From Sandaracinaceae bacterium (GTDB taxonomy: Bacteria; Myxococcota_A; Polyangia; Polyangiales; Sandaracinaceae): DNA of 16,104 nt. Positions within the stretch are counted from its first letter, which is position 1. Every line of letters begins with the position of its first letter. Of this stretch, positions 15,001 to 16,104 are shown one piece after another. The notes under the pieces were generated by a model. It had not been told where the DNA came from, ran no database searches, and was given only the letters and a program-made list of their open reading frames with translations. Location of the stretch: contig JBGAQA010000130.1 of assembly GCA_044220955.1 (NCBI GenBank), positions 1 through 16,104 of the forward strand. Reading direction: 5' to 3'. A program made the translations under genes and the position numbers.

Positions 15001-16104
15001 TCACGCGAGCGCGGCGCTCAGGTCTTCCCAGAGGTCGTCCCGGTCCTCGATCCCCACGCTCATCCGCATCAGCCCGTCGGTGATCCCCGCGCGCAGCCGG
15101 TCCTCGCGCGGCATCGAGGCGCTCGTCGTCGAGGCGGGGTGGGTCATCAGCGAGCGCACGTCGCCGAGGCTCACCGCCCGCGCGATCACCTCGAGCCGGT
15201 CGTAGCAGCGCTTGCCCGCGGGCAGGCCTCCGCGCACCTCGAAGCTGACCATCGCGCCGAAACCGTTCCGCATCTGCCTCCTCGCGAGCGCGTGGTGTGG
15301 ATGCGTGGCGAGCCCAGGATAGTGCACGGCCTCGATGCGCGCGTCGCCGGCGAGGCGCTCCGCGAGCCACGCGGCCGTCGCGCTCGCGCGCTCCATCCTG
15401 AGCCAGAGCGTCCGCGCTCCGCGAGCGACGAGCATCGCCGTCATCGGCGCCATCGGCGCGCCCGAGGTCCGGACGCCCGTCTCGCGCAGCGCCTTCATCA
15501 CGTCCTTCGCGCCCGACGCGACGCCTCCGATCGTGTCGCCGTGCCCGGAGATCGACTTCGTCGCCGAGTGCAGCACCACGTCCGCGCCGAGCGCGAGCGG
15601 CTGCTGGTGGTACGGAGTGCCGAAGGTGCCGTCGACGACGAGCTTCGCGCCGCCCTCGTGCGCGATCCCCGCGAGCGCGGCGAGGTCGCTGATCGCGAGC
15701 GTCGGGTTCGCGGGCGTCTCCACGTAGAGGATCCGCGTGCGGGGTCGCATCGCCGCGCGCACCGCCGCGAGGTCCGTCGTGTCGACGAACGAGGTCTCGA
15801 TCCCGAAGCGCGGGAGCTGCTCGCGGAGCAGGCGCGCCGACTCCGCGTAGAGGCTCGCCGAGGCCACGACGTGGTCGCCCGTCACAGAGAGCGCGTGGAA
15901 CGCGGCCGCCACCGCCGCCATCCCGCTCGCGAACGCGACCGACGCCTCCGCCCCCTCCAGCGCCGCCATCTTGTCCTCGAGGGCGCGCACCGTCGGGTTC
16001 GACCAGCGCGTGTAGATGTGTCCCGCCGCCTCGCCGCGGAACTGCGCGGCGGCGTCGTCCGCCGAGTCGAACGCGTACGCGCTGGCGAGCACGACGGGCG
16101 GCTC
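15001..16104 (-). CDS. PLP-dependent trans-sulfuration enzyme (methionine gamma-lyase / MetZ / cystathionine gamma-synthase family), 5' end outside window
   Basis: YTRWSNPT, FASGMAA, ETPANP, HSATKSISGHGD (PLP lysine), SLGDVRSL, RMSVGIED. Confidence 0.93.
   Translation of the reverse strand, partial: EPPVVLASAYAFDSADDAAAQFRGEAAGHIYTRWSNPTVRALEDKMAALEGAEASVAFASGMAAVAAAFHALSVTGDHVVASASLYAESARLLREQLPRFGIETSFVDTTDLAAVRAAMRPRTRILYVETPANPTLAISDLAALAGIAHEGGAKLVVDGTFGTPYHQQPLALGADVVLHSATKSISGHGDTIGGVASGAKDVMKALRETGVRTSGAPMAPMTAMLVARGARTLWLRMERASATAAWLAERLAGDARIEAVHYPGLATHPHHALARRQMRNGFGAMVSFEVRGGLPAGKRCYDRLEVIARAVSLGDVRSLMTHPASTTSASMPREDRLRAGITDGLMRMSVGIEDRDDLWEDLSAALA

Overview
High-GC bacterial window. 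Gene content and the (GCGAGA)n tract suggest a myxobacterium, which is inference only. The left ~2.9 kb is an accessory patch with four elements: a frameshifted and truncated DUF262 (GmrSD-like) gene, a putative lipoprotein, a phd/vapC toxin-antitoxin pair, and a ~912-nt group II intron (about 1881-2792) that none of the listed ORFs explains. The intron keeps recognisable ribozyme domains (DV, DVI with bulged A). Its reverse transcriptase/maturase gene has collapsed to 17 N-terminal codons fused out of frame to 49 C-terminal codons, and its 5' end reads GAACG instead of GUGYG. The rest is mostly housekeeping: corA, pyc, a Uma2 nuclease, membrane proteins, a GNAT, a HisN-like phosphatase, an M23 peptidase, a degenerate macrodomain fused to a Tudor-like domain, a YciO/Sua5-family protein, tRNA-Arg(CCG) and a partial PLP trans-sulfuration enzyme. 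A 21-unit hexamer microsatellite lies in a divergent intergenic region.
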